A DNA stretch of 54,884 nt from Octopus bimaculoides (Eukaryota). The notes under the pieces are model-generated. The model saw only the letters and a list, made by a program, of their open reading frames with translations, was not told the origin of the DNA and made no database searches. The stretch covers positions 23,354,623-23,409,506 of the forward strand of contig NC_068982.1 of NCBI RefSeq assembly GCF_001194135.2. The letters are read 5' to 3'. Positions 12,543 through 24,620 of the stretch are shown here, one piece after another (positions within the stretch are counted from its first letter, which is position 1; every line of letters begins with the position of its first letter). The position numbers and the translations under genes were made by a program.

Positions 12543-14402
12543 AATCTCCCGATTATTAAGAAGTTATGTGCTAAAAATATTCGCTGAGCATAATCCCTCA
12601 CTAGTCATTCCCTTTTCTTTATTGCTAATGTTTCTTTTGTTCATATTATATTTCTACCTAGATCTTCTAAAAGTTGCTTTATGTTGAAGTTGAATAGTTT
12701 GTTTTGTTAAAAAATTGCTTTTGGTAATGAAAGCGTCAGACACTTTTCGATTTAGCGAAAATTTTATATTTCATTATTCTTTGTTTTCCTATACATCTGT
12801 GTTTGTCATGTTATATTTCAATAATATTTGTCCCTGCTTTGTTCTGATGTTTCTCTTCGTTAAAGATTTCACGAAGGACTGGGAGATGTTTTCTATTATT
12901 TGCCATCTTCGTGCGTAGGCGTGATATTTTTATATGATTACATCTGAAGCAATACCCGCTTCCCATTGTGAATACCATGACTGCTGCAAACATAATTTCA
13001 TTTCACCAAGTGTATTCACAATCCTCGATGTTGTTTTTGTTTTCCTACAGCTTTTGACAAATTTTTGTGATTTATGTTGCTGATGTTATTATTTATGTTC
13101 AAGATTTACGTTTCAGTTATGTAATACTTTCTTTTAAGATTTTATTTAGAATAGTTTGTACTTTTCTGGTTTTGTGAATGGGGATTCTTCGATTTTTAGG
13201 TTGTTTATTTGAATTGAAAATGACATAGACCTTCCAAATTTTATCCTAGAAAATATAGTTTCGAAATTTTGATTAGATGCCATTAAACCTAGAAATTTAT
13301 GAAACGAAATACAAGGCAAACTGTATTATCGTCATCCTGAAGAAATTAGCAATCAATTTCTGTCGAATATCTCTCATGCTTTAAAAATGTACTTTAGACA
13401 ATGTAGTATGAGACACACTGTCCAACAATAGACCAATGCAAGGAGACTAGATTTACATACATTTCATTATAGATTTGTTCGACGAGCAATGATTTGCTGT
13501 AAACATTATCGGTAATACAAGTAACGACAGTAATAGCCAATGAATTATCCCTTTATATAATAAACTAGTTTTAAGCATTTTATAATTAATAATAGGTTTT
13601 TACTGTAACACTTCCCCGATGATATTCCTTTCCTACTTAGTTCAGTGTTTCCTGTACATGAGGAAAACCTAATCACACCTTCTTGATGGAATAGCTATGT
13701 ACATATAACAAGATATATATTCAGTTTTTCCTTTAATATTTAACTTGGAGTTATTTGGTTATTGCAACGCGGAGTTCCAATCACTTTGTCTATAATTTTG
13801 TATTTAATCTACTACGTCTTGTTGTTGTCTTGCTAGATGAAATTATTTCTCCACTTTTTCTTTTTCTATGTCTGTAGTGTGACAATATAATAGGACAGTA
13901 ATATCAATTAGCATAATTATCTTTGTTGTTTATCATGGACTATTATGTCTGGTCGGTTTGCTGTTATTGATCTGTCTGCTTTCATTGTTCGAATCTATAT
14001 TATTTTGGGATACCGGTTTTCCAAAATTTTATGAATTTCATGATCATAATTGTATTTTGATCTTTTAAAGTTATATTTATTACATAAACGCCAATGGAGG
14101 AGTTTTGCAACCTCAGTACTATGTCTTAATACGTACTTCTTTGTAGCAGCAAACAATCATTTTACAATCACAACCTGAGCCATTATTTCATCGTTTGTTG
14201 CATTACAATACTGCCTTATCTTAATACCATCTTGATAATATCGACATTATGAGGGAATATTTTAATTTCTCTATATTTTCACCATTGTGTGTATTAGCGG
14301 TATAGTTTGTTCATCTCAATCGCATTAGGTTTCTTAGAGAACCATTCCGGCATTCAACAAAAAGTACATGCTTACTCACTATACACTCTCTTTGCAATAT
14401 CA

Positions 14403-14404
<2 letters not shown>

Positions 14405-14446
<42 letters not shown>
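14405..14446. repeat. (TA)n microsatellite
   Basis: Direct reading. Confidence 0.97.
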
Positions 14447-14448
<2 letters not shown>

Positions 14449-15163
14449 ATAAACATGCATAATTTGTTCTTTAGCTGTCGTTATGACTTCTATTGTGTAA
14501 AACTGTAAAACACTTAGTCTATAACTTTGCGCTAGTATTCACTGCAGATTTATCTCCCTACCAATCATAAAGTGTTTTATGACGTTATTATTCGTATTTT
14601 CTTACAAATACTAGACTCAATTAAATACGTTCACGTGTGGATATGAAGAAAACAACAATTTTTGTACTTAACTCTTACGGAAAGTAAATATTATTTGCAG
14701 AATATAAACCATATGAACCAACCTATGTATATATATATATATAAATATGAATATTATGTATGCTTGTGTTTATGTATGTATATGCACACATACGACACAC
14801 ACATGCCTACACTACACACATACAAACACATATGTTTATATATCGTATTATCCGTCGGCATTATTCCTTTGATGAGAAAATTGCATTTGAAAATATTTGT
14901 TCTAATTGCCATAAGATATAACTGAAATTAAAACTGCCAATGCTTAAATTTATATCCCAACAGTATGTAAAATAAAACCTACAAATTATTGCTATCAATT
15001 ATCTTGCACGATATCCTCTGTTAGCGCGGCAATCTCTGCGTGAAATTTAGTGAAATCCAGAAGATATGCGTACTAGCCAGGCTCCATTACTGGTTTCATA
15101 AAAACTGAATATTGACTGGATAACATTTTCTTGAATTATACATATAATATTCATCACAAGTAA

Positions 15164-15468
15164 CGCGGTGATCGGGCAGAAACGTTAGCATGCCGGGCGA
15201 AATACTTAGCGGTATTTCGTCTGACGTTACGTTCTGAGTTCAAATTCCGCCGAGGTCGACTTTGCTTTCATCCTTTCGGGGTCGATAAATTGACCAGTTA
15301 CTCACAGGGGTCAATGTAATCGAATTAATACCTTTGTCTGTCTTTGTTTGTCCCCTCTATGTTTATCCCCTTTTAGGCAATAAAAAATAAGAAACGTTAG
15401 CATTCCGGGCGAAATGCTTAGCAGTATTTTAATTTCAGTCTTTATGCTGTGATTTCAAATTCTACCGT
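15164..15468 (+). mobile_element. tRNA-derived SINE, near full length, followed by a second partial head
   Basis: Head gcagaaacgttagcatgccgggcgaaatacttagcggtatttcgtc..ttctgagttcaaattccgccgaggtcgac (B-box-like GAGTTCAAAT). Core ctttcatcctttcggggtcgataaa. Tail tgtctgtctttgtttgtcccctct..aataaaaaataa. The head then repeats (gaaacgttagcattccgggcgaaatgcttagc) from about 15391. Confidence 0.92.
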
Positions 15469-16168
15469 TTGCAATTAGTGTAAGTGTTCGTTGGTTTTGG
15501 GTGACTATAAGCTCGGATGCATCTGCTTGAGTATTCCCTGAGGGACTATGATAATAATAGGTCTCTTGTAGTACGTATGTATTTGCTGCATATGTACGAT
15601 GTGTGCTGAGATCTTATCTTCATTTAGTGAATATATACATTAATCGTGATTGGTAATGTATTTACTTTGTGTTCGGAATATATATTTTCTTTTCAAGTTT
15701 CAATAAGTGTTTGTCTGCGTTGTGACAAAGTGTTCGTGAATATGTTTTTACATTGTCTTCAGTAGCTTATGCGCACGTGTATCTTTATTTCTATAAATCA
15801 ATTTTTGTGTACGTTTCTTGTACGTTGTGTGTCAATGCCGTGTTCACATCGTTTAAGAAATGAAGAAATATTTTGAAATACACCTGGGAAGTCATTGTCA
15901 TGACAAGAAAGATGCTGAAGTTAGGGAAACTGTGATATATAGATGATGTATATGGCATGTGTGCGATTAGTGACAGCAAAGACAATGCAAAATTTGAAGT
16001 TAGCATTTCTAGACAATATTGCGTGGACAACAACAAAGTGGAAAAGCCAATGGACGGAGTTGTTAGAGGAGTTAATATCGGTCCCATATTTTTCCAGCAA
16101 GGCCGCAGTCAAATGACTGAACCAATATACATATATACATATATGTATATATATATATATATATATAT

Positions 16169-17102
16169 NNNNNNNNNNNNNNNNNNNNNNNNNNNNNNNN
16201 NNNNNNNNNNNNNNNNNNNNNNNNNNNNNNNNNNNNNNNNNNNNNNNNNNNNNNNNNNNNNNNNNNNNNNNNNNNNNNNNNNNNNNNNNNNNNNNNNNNN
16301 NNNNNNNNNNNNNNNNNNNNNNNNNNNNNNNNNNNNNNNNNNNNNNNNNNNNNNNNNNNNNNNNNNNNNNNNNNNNNNNNNNNNNNNNNNNNNNNNNNNN
16401 NNNNNNNNNNNNNNNNNNNNNNNNNNNNNNNNNNNNNNNNNNNNNNNNNNNNNNNNNNNNNNNNNNNNNNNNNNNNNNNNNNNNNNNNNNNNNNNNNNNN
16501 NNNNNNNNNNNNNNNNNNNNNNNNNNNNNNNNNNNNNNNNNNNNNNNNNNNNNNNNNNNNNNNNNNNNNNNNNNNNNNNNNNNNNNNNNNNNNNNNNNNN
16601 NNNNNNNNNNNNNNNNNNNNNNNNNNNNNNNNNNNNNNNNNNNNNNNNNNNNNNNNNNNNNNNNNNNNNNNNNNNNNNNNNNNNNNNNNNNNNNNNNNNN
16701 NNNNNNNNNNNNNNNNNNNNNNNNNNNNNNNNNNNNNNNNNNNNNNNNNNNNNNNNNNNNNNNNNNNNNNNNNNNNNNNNNNNNNNNNNNNNNNNNNNNN
16801 NNNNNNNNNNNNNNNNNNNNNNNNNNNNNNNNNNNNNNNNNNNNNNNNNNNNNNNNNNNNNNNNNNNNNNNNNNNNNNNNNNNNNNNNNNNNNNNNNNNN
16901 NNNNNNNNNNNNNNNNNNNNNNNNNNNNNNNNNNNNNNNNNNNNNNNNNNNNNNNNNNNNNNNNNNNNNNNNNNNNNNNNNNNNNNNNNNNNNNNNNNNN
17001 NNNNNNNNNNNNNNNNNNNNNNNNNNNNNNNNNNNNNNNNNNNNNNNNNNNNNNNNNNNNNNNNNNNNNNNNNNNNNNNNNNNNNNNNNNNNNNNNNNNN
17101 NN
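16169..17102. other. Assembly gap (N run) within (TA)n
   Basis: N characters; causes the spurious about 400-aa ORFs. Confidence 0.99.
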
Positions 17103-18074
17103 ATATATATATATATATATATACATATATATACGTATATATATATATATATCCTTAGCACGGCCAGAATAATCAGGAAAATATTAGATGGCTGAAATGA
17201 ACGAATAGCATGGAACCGTAGATTGCAGGTAGCATGCCCGCTAAACATGCAAGACTCCAGGAGCTCCAACAAGACCTGTAATAAATAGAAACTAATAATG
17301 AAATCGATAGACCATCTGTTCGATTGAGTAAGACAATACAGCACACGATTGACAAATCGCCCACGAAGTGTCAAATAGCATCATTGGTGCGCCAGCAGTA
17401 TCCTTCATATTTTAAACAATGAAATACTACTGTTGCTGAAGATTCAGAGCTAAAAAGGGCTTGTGTGGTTGGCAACGCCGACGTTTTCTCTCAGGATTCA
17501 CTACTTACCGCGTTGCAATGCAATATATTTGCAATATATTTCGATTACTGATCGAAAAAATTTCTTGGATCCCCAGGTAACAAAATTTCATTCGTTACGG
17601 TGGGACAATAAAATACAGCCATTTCCGCCGATGTAGCTATCAATATCTTTCATTCACCTGTTCCTTCTTGCTGTACTATATGGTGAAAGATATAGCCTTC
17701 ATTGATCAGCTGATATCCCCTATTGCATAGCGTTTTCGATGATTTTCGATGACCATTTTCCACACTTTAGAATTATTCATACATTCGAGAATATTGCTAG
17801 AACCACTGGTGTCATCTATAAACGATCTGTAGGCTATTGTACATGTCCGACATCACCACACACATCGTCAAGAATCTATTGAGCACAAGTTATTTCTTTA
17901 TGGCACTCACTATTATTAGTTTGCAATGAAGAAGTATAAGGAAAATCATCATTACAGATGAGAGTTACACTGCGAACATGCGCAATTTGAACGGCCTGCA
18001 TCGCTTGACATACAATTCACCCGTATAGAAATATATGTGTAAATGTATGCATATATGTTTCAGTGTAAGTATAA

Positions 18075-18111
<37 letters not shown>

Positions 18112-18458
18112 NNNNNNNNNNNNNNNNNNNNNNNNNNNNNNNNNNNNNNNNNNNNNNNNNNNNNNNNNNNNNNNNNNNNNNNNNNNNNNNNNNNNNNNNN
18201 NNNNNNNNNNNNNNNNNNNNNNNNNNNNNNNNNNNNNNNNNNNNNNNNNNNNNNNNNNNNNNNNNNNNNNNNNNNNNNNNNNNNNNNNNNNNNNNNNNNN
18301 NNNNNNNNNNNNNNNNNNNNNNNNNNNNNNNNNNNNNNNNNNNNNNNNNNNNNNNNNNNNNNNNNNNNNNNNNNNNNNNNNNNNNNNNNNNNNNNNNNNN
18401 NNNNNNNNNNNNNNNNNNNNNNNNNNNNNNNNNNNNNNNNNNNNNNNNNNNNNNNNNN
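18112..18458. other. Assembly gap (N run) within (TA)n
   Basis: N characters. Confidence 0.99.
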
Positions 18459-18493
<35 letters not shown>

Positions 18494-19601
18494 GTAAGTG
18501 TGGATGGATGTGCATGCTTGTGCTAATGGAGGGCATAACATCCCCTGAGACTAAAGAATAAAACATATGCATAGGAAAACTGAAATATCAATTACCTAAA
18601 TACAACAAACGCTTTCTCACGGGAATTCGCAACTTGCAATCTCACACGCACACACGCACATACGTACAGGCACACATACACATGCTAACACGGCTCACAG
18701 AAACCTTTGCACAGGCGCTCTCGTGTATAAATACAGAAGCTCGTAGGCGCACATTTCTCGTGACCTAGCATTGTTTATATATGCACATAAATGTATTTCA
18801 AATCCAATCATAACATCTATCCCGATCTAAACACAGTATATCCAGTTTGGATAGATGTTGACAGACATCAAATAAAGACAGCACGTAATCTATAAAATCC
18901 CCATGGCGACAATGTGACATTTTACGACCTTTTGGTTGATGACATGAATTACCCAAACAATTTATTGGTTAATTAAACAGTTGGCAACAAGAAAACTAGA
19001 ACAATTCCATCTTTCGCGATTGACAAAATTACCTTCGAAAGATGAAATAGCGCGTTGATATACATACATATGCACATAGACACCACCCCCAGGCATACAC
19101 ACCAGAACATAAAGATTCAGCCATTGGCTATTGAGCCAGGAAAACGTATCCGTGAATGTCATCTTATCTCCAGCTAGTAATCCGTTCCTTTTTTAAAAGC
19201 ATGTCAGTGTTGGAAGAATTGTTGAATCTTGATATAGTCCCCATGTCTCAAGTGGACGTGGTCTTCATTGCCATTTGATAATTATGATATATGCTTCGGA
19301 GGCGATTTTAATTTTAACAAATCAATATATTTTGTTATATGGGAGTTAACATACCGACATTTGTTATTGTTAACAAATGAAACATCTTTATCAGCCTTCG
19401 CGTAAGTGAATTTCCGTCTCGTAGTATTCTTGCTCTCGCTCTGCTCTATTGTATTATTGAAACCACAATACTTCTTCTCTACCGAGAGGTTATCTGCCAG
19501 ATATATACATGATAAAAGTATGTTATTCTTTAGGTAATAGTGGACAACGTGACATTTGTTTCAAACAGATGTTTGCTTTCTAATAGACAGCGAATTGCTA
19601 C

Positions 19602-19602
<1 letters not shown>

Positions 19603-19647
<45 letters not shown>

Positions 19648-19668
19648 ATATATATATATATATATATG
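19603..19668. repeat. (TCTA)n/(TA)n microsatellite
   Basis: Direct reading. Confidence 0.95.
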
Positions 19669-19957
19669 TGGTGTACGTTCGTGTGAGTGTGTATGTGGCA
19701 GTGTGTGTGTTGAATCAAAATAGTGTCTAATTGTTTTCCTCGCCATTGAGGCAATATTTTACTCCAGTTATACTATCGACATAGTTGTAGTTGCAATTAT
19801 ATATATTTCAACTAGGAATCAGAAATTCATGAAAATGAGTACTTGAATGTGTATATTTTGGTCCTTTGCTGCATACCTTTCTCAATACAACCCTTACTAC
19901 GTTTACACACACCCACACGCACACACACACAAACACACACACACACACACATATATA

Positions 19958-20102
19958 NNNNNNNNNNNNNNNNNNNNNNNNNNNNNNNNNNNNNNNNNNN
20001 NNNNNNNNNNNNNNNNNNNNNNNNNNNNNNNNNNNNNNNNNNNNNNNNNNNNNNNNNNNNNNNNNNNNNNNNNNNNNNNNNNNNNNNNNNNNNNNNNNNN
20101 NN
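19958..20102. other. Assembly gap (N run)
   Basis: N characters between (CA)n and (TA)n. Confidence 0.99.
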
Positions 20103-20141
<39 letters not shown>

Positions 20142-20490
20142 TAAAGGTTAGTAGTTTTAGCGGTTGGAGTATTCGTCTAAGGGTAAGAATATCCGTTTTT
20201 ACTACCGGTATAACATTACCTATGTTACCCCTACGCATGCATATGGATACTATGTTCCCAGGATACAGGCAATAACAAAATAAACAAGCGATTATCAGTA
20301 ATCAAATTTAAATTCAGCAGAAAATGGAAAAACGTCTTCATCAACAAATAAATTGATTACTATCGATTATTAATTTTTAATACAGAGCTTTATCATTTCT
20401 AGCAGCCGTTTCTGCTTCCAATGTCCGTGAACGCTGCCAAAGAAAATGCCGAGAAAAATATTCGTCATATTCTATAGTACATTTGATGTG

Positions 20491-21040
20491 GTACATAGGG
20501 TATACAGACTGTGGACAGTTTATTGGTTTCATCCTCTCTTTTATTCATAATTGGTGTGGATAGTATATTTCTGGAATAGCAAGGCCTCTCCGAAAAAATA
20601 CAAAAGATATACGGCCCATATGGTATCAGGTCAGTATTCAAAAGTAATACAACACTTCTCAAATATCTCCTTCGAGTAAAACTACCAATAGAAGAGAATA
20701 TGACCAAAGACTACGTGTACCCCATACCATGCAGCTGTGGTAGGTTATACAAAGCCGAAACATGCCGCCCCATCAAAATAAGGGTAGAGGAACATCACAA
20801 AGCCGTGACACAATGAGATATTAATAAACCGAGTATAGCTGATCATGTATGGAAAAATGGAGACGTTAAAATAATAGACAGAAAACACCACTGAAAAATA
20901 CGAAAACTAAAAGAAGCAGCCCGTATGCTAGAGCATAACAGCCCCCTAAGCAGACCGAGTGCAGATATGAATAGCATATGGGAACCGGTATTAAGGAAGG
21001 ATAGAACAATATTAGATCTATAAGCCCTAAAATTCACTCT
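20491..21040 (+). mobile_element. Penelope-like element 3' fragment (RT-endonuclease linker plus GIY-YIG), with an inverted 5' segment
   Basis: The plus strand from 20581 reads KGLSEKIQKIYGPYGIRSVFKSNTTLLKYLLRVK..MTKDYVY/IPCSCGRLYKAETCRPIKIRVEEHHKAV..SIADHVWK..RKLKEAA..SIWEPVLRK, which is a Penelope GIY-YIG region with stops and frameshifts. 20491-20580 encodes the preceding ..LSTVCIPYV on the minus strand. Confidence 0.88.
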
Positions 21041-21052
21041 ATAATTACCCAC

Positions 21053-21120
21053 GGGCTTATGGCGTAGTGGTTAAGAGCGTGGGCTACTAACCCCAAGATT
21101 CTGAGTTCGACTGCAGGCAA
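21053..21120 (+). mobile_element. tRNA-derived SINE-like head (not a functional tRNA)
   Basis: A box TGGCGTAGTGG at 21060-21070 and B-box-like GAGTTCGACT at 21103-21112. The anticodon stem is weak with an ACT anticodon, no acceptor stem is evident, and it is followed by (AAT)n. Confidence 0.75.
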
Positions 21121-21211
21121 TGATAATAATAATAATAATAATATTAACAATAATAACAAAAACAACATCGAAAACTACCTTAGGAATGAGAACCCAGGTT
21201 CGAAATTTTCA

Positions 21212-21262
21212 CAAGACACCTGATGAAGCCTGGATGTTATATCAGTTGAAAATTTGGGTTAA
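21212..21262 (+). ncRNA. Degenerate minimal hammerhead-ribozyme-like motif
   Basis: acac-CTGATGA (21220-21226)-agcctg..cagtt-GAAA (21248-21251), directly downstream of a Penelope GIY-YIG fragment. Stem II is imperfect. Confidence 0.45.
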
Positions 21263-21889
21263 CTACAAAAAAGATGAGGACAAATAACCGTCAATTGTAA
21301 ATAATTAATGATAACTGATATATTATAAATAATGTAAATAATTAATAAAAAATGTAAATAGTTAATATTAACTGATATATTGTAATAATGGATATTACTA
21401 TCAGGAATAATGTGATAAACGCAAGTTTACCTCAAAATAGCAAACTGAAACAGCTGTAAATGTCATCTTAACCATAATGAAAGCATGATCACTCAATACT
21501 AATGACTAACTTTTAATGTTGCTCCATTTCTTCTCTTATCTTATCTGAATATATTAAACCACGGTTTAGGTAATACATCAGTTGTGCCTACGGATACATT
21601 TATCCCTTAGACGGTTGTATAACCTCTATATTTATATAAAGTCAAGGCAAACTATATTCCTTCCTTGCAAAAAAAAGTGATATATATATTTTACCAAGTA
21701 AACTGCCAAACTTTATTAATTAGATAAAATTTACTAATGAGAAAATGAAACGAAGATGCGGACATACTTCTATGTATGAACATACATAAACATATACATA
21801 CATACGTACATTTTTATCTGTGTGCGTGTGTGTGTGAGTGCATAGTGAGGGTGATTATATTTCTTCTGAATTACACAAGTGCCCTCTTT

Positions 21890-21921
21890 CTTTCTTTCTC
21901 TCTCTCTCTCTCTCTCTCTCG
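21890..21921. repeat. (TC)n microsatellite
   Basis: Direct reading. Confidence 0.9.
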
Positions 21922-22104
21922 CATACACACATCTGAATAAAGACGAGACATAAAAATATAAACAGACTGGAATTCAAAATCACTACTTAATAAAAAACAC
22001 ATTGGCACATATAAACTAGTCTAAAATAGATGTTATCACGCTTTAGTGTTTCATTGATCTGCTTGAAAATACAGAAAACATCGTTGGAATTAAATACGCT
22101 GAAG

Positions 22105-22193
22105 AATACACATACATACATACATGCATGGATGCATACATACACACACATTTACCTGCACACTCATAAATACATATATACATACATACATAG

Positions 22194-22262
<69 letters not shown>

Positions 22263-22263
22263 C
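22105..22263. repeat. (CATA)n/(CA)n/(TA)n compound microsatellite
   Basis: Direct reading. Confidence 0.93.
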
Positions 22264-23099
22264 TCGTAGAAGTTTCTTGCGATAAGTAATTTTATATTTT
22301 TATATATGTTTTACAATTGAAGTCTTTCTCACTCTTAAGTAAGTTTATATATTCAAGAAATGCTGTTTGTGTCGGTGAAAAATTTACACGAACCAGATCA
22401 TGTTGAGCCTGTGACTATTTCCTATAGGATGAATGCTGATATTTCAATTTATATGCTTCTATAGCTCACTAAAATCGAACTTGTGTTTATTCCAAAATTA
22501 GCTAATGCTGCAGTTACGACTGGCACAAAATAGATAACGCCAGCTAATAATTTGGTGAGTCACATTGGCACAAAGCCATCCATTCGTTACAGAAGTGATG
22601 TTGTGGATACGATCGACATCAAAATATGTTTGGCACTTATTTTATGGAAGGACAAAGAATTATATTGAGTTCCACGCGTATAACAGAAATTAACATAAAA
22701 TATCGTTTCTTTTATTAACGCATTCTGTAACTTTAAAGCATTAAGAACAACAATGATAATATTAATAAACGTTCCTAACAAAGGAACATGGCCCGAAATT
22801 TTTGGGTAGATGCGTCTAGTTTATTAAATCTATCCCGATGCTCGCAGACTTCCGACGATGTTTGGTGACTGCATGCAAGACAGTTCACAGTTACAATTGA
22901 CTGAACAAAAGTCGTATACATTGAAGAGAACGCAGTTGAAAAATAAATGTAAACTTAACATCTCACTAGTATCTCCCTCGGAAATGTACACAAATCGAAG
23001 ATTACTCAAACAAGAAAGAGTAAATATGCACCAGTATTCTGTCATTTACAGGCCTTCAGATACTTTTCAGGCCGTTTTACTCCATGCCCGTAATTTCAC

Positions 23100-23960
23100 C
23101 CACATTTTGTTGTCACTTTTTCTGCTTCTACCGCTTCTGCAGTTGTTACATTTGTTTCTTTTCCCGATAATGATGCAGCCGTTATTGCATTTGCTATCAT
23201 GACTACTGCTGCCGTGTGGATTTCTTTCAGTGTTGCTACTGTTTCGTTTTAATGCTACATGCGTTAGCAGCTATATACGTGGTACAATATTTAGAACTTT
23301 GAAGCATTTAATAGAGAAATTCTTCCTCCTCTTTCATGAGTAGAATGCAGTCATCACTAGCATTTCTTCTGCTGCTTCAGTTGTTTTTGTAAATGATGCT
23401 GTAGTTCCTTCTTTTACTTTTTGCCATGTTAGCAGCGGTGTAGTTGCTTGTCTTTGGAAAGCCATATCGCTATTTTTTTTCTTTTGGTTGGTTGGCTTAT
23501 TTCTGTTCTGTTTCGTTTTGTTTTCAATTTGATCCTGTTCGCTATTTAATGTAATACCCAGTACCATTGCTATACGACAAATCTGTGTTGTGTGAGTCGA
23601 GGAGGAGCATTCTTTGAGGAAGTTTGTCTTATAACTTGTGGTTAATATAGTTGTTATTTTGATGCTTTCTGTTGCTGGTGTTGTTGCGGTATGTGACATG
23701 GTGGCCCACAATAACAATATATTTTCAGCTCCTTCCACTGTTGTTACTGTAGGTGCTGCAGTCACTGTTACTGCTCATATGTTTACTACGGTCATTGCTA
23801 GTTTCACAGTAGTTAGCTTTGCAGTTGCTGTCAATGACGCTGTTGTTGCTGACGCGATTAAATGCTTCTGTTGGTGCTGCTGCTGTTTTTCCTGCTTTGA
23901 CATCTCAGCCCGCTGCTTTCAACATTCGCATATGGCTGTGTGCGTACTAGTGGTTTGATC
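23100..23960. repeat. Decayed GCT/GTT trinucleotide low-complexity tracts
   Basis: Recurrent gttgct/tgctg/gttact motifs. The ORFs at 23334-23958 are Thr/Ala- or Val/Ala-rich on opposite strands, typical of cryptic simple repeats. Confidence 0.7.
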
Positions 23961-24299
23961 ATGTCCGAGACAGATCCCATTCTTTGGTAATACGTTTGGA
24001 TGAAAAGCTTCATCCGTTGACACAACAAAATTTGTTTTAGATGCCTCTAGGCGTGAAGAATATTACCTTTGTTCTCTACATTGAAGAGGATCACCACCAA
24101 CAACCAATAGGTGTCAATAGCTTGGTTGGGGTCGGGGAACATACTTCAACTGTCTTTACTTTTACTACACTACGTCTCATTAGGGTTGTGTTGACAGTGT
24201 TCTGGCTTCATCCGTTCCCAATGACGAATGCTTTGGCGCTCCTCTTTTTTGCCAAGGCTCTTTTCAGTTTGATTATCTGTTGTCTGCTCTCTTACTTAC

Positions 24300-24620
24300 C
24301 GTTTTTAGTTAAAATGTTGTTTCAAGTCTGATTTGAAGCCGGAAGAATTTCAGGTTCTGAGCTGAAAATTACTTCGAGGTTTCGTAAGTATATCTTGCGC
24401 ATTTTGAAAATTTTCCGGCGATGCTAGATTCGCAAATTATGGTATTGAATATGGCAGACGTGAAAGTTACTCCTAAGATGAAAGGGAATCTGCTTCTCTG
24501 TTCTACGTTTTTATTCCTGTATTTTTGTCGCTATTATTGATGTTATTAGTGCTCCGGTCAAAATTGGCGGTGGCAGGGACAGTGGTGAACTGATGCATTG
24601 TTTTTGTTGGTGAGAAGACA
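24300..24620 (-). promoter_or_regulatory. Candidate promoter / non-coding first exon
   Basis: Consensus minus-strand donor CG|GTAAGT at 24300/24299. Local CpG enrichment with an ETS-like CCGGAAG at about 24339 and a YY1-like AATATGGC at about 24448. All three frames of the putative exon contain stops. Confidence 0.2.

Noticed and set aside
12840-13130. Plus-strand acceptors (for example gttttcctacAG at 13050)
   Set aside because: All three frames close within a few codons after 13050; a T-rich background generates such sites frequently.
15921-17374. About 400-aa ORFs on both strands
   Set aside because: They consist almost entirely of X from the 16169-17102 N gap plus (TA)n; artefacts.
21053-21125. 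Possible tRNA gene
   Set aside because: Poor anticodon and acceptor stems, an atypical ACT anticodon, no T-run terminator, and it is embedded in a retroelement; treated as a SINE-type head.
23334-23958. Thr/Ala-rich mucin-like ORF (and a Val/Ala-rich ORF on the other strand)
   Set aside because: Both strands are open because of decayed GCT/GTT repeats; no splice or start context.
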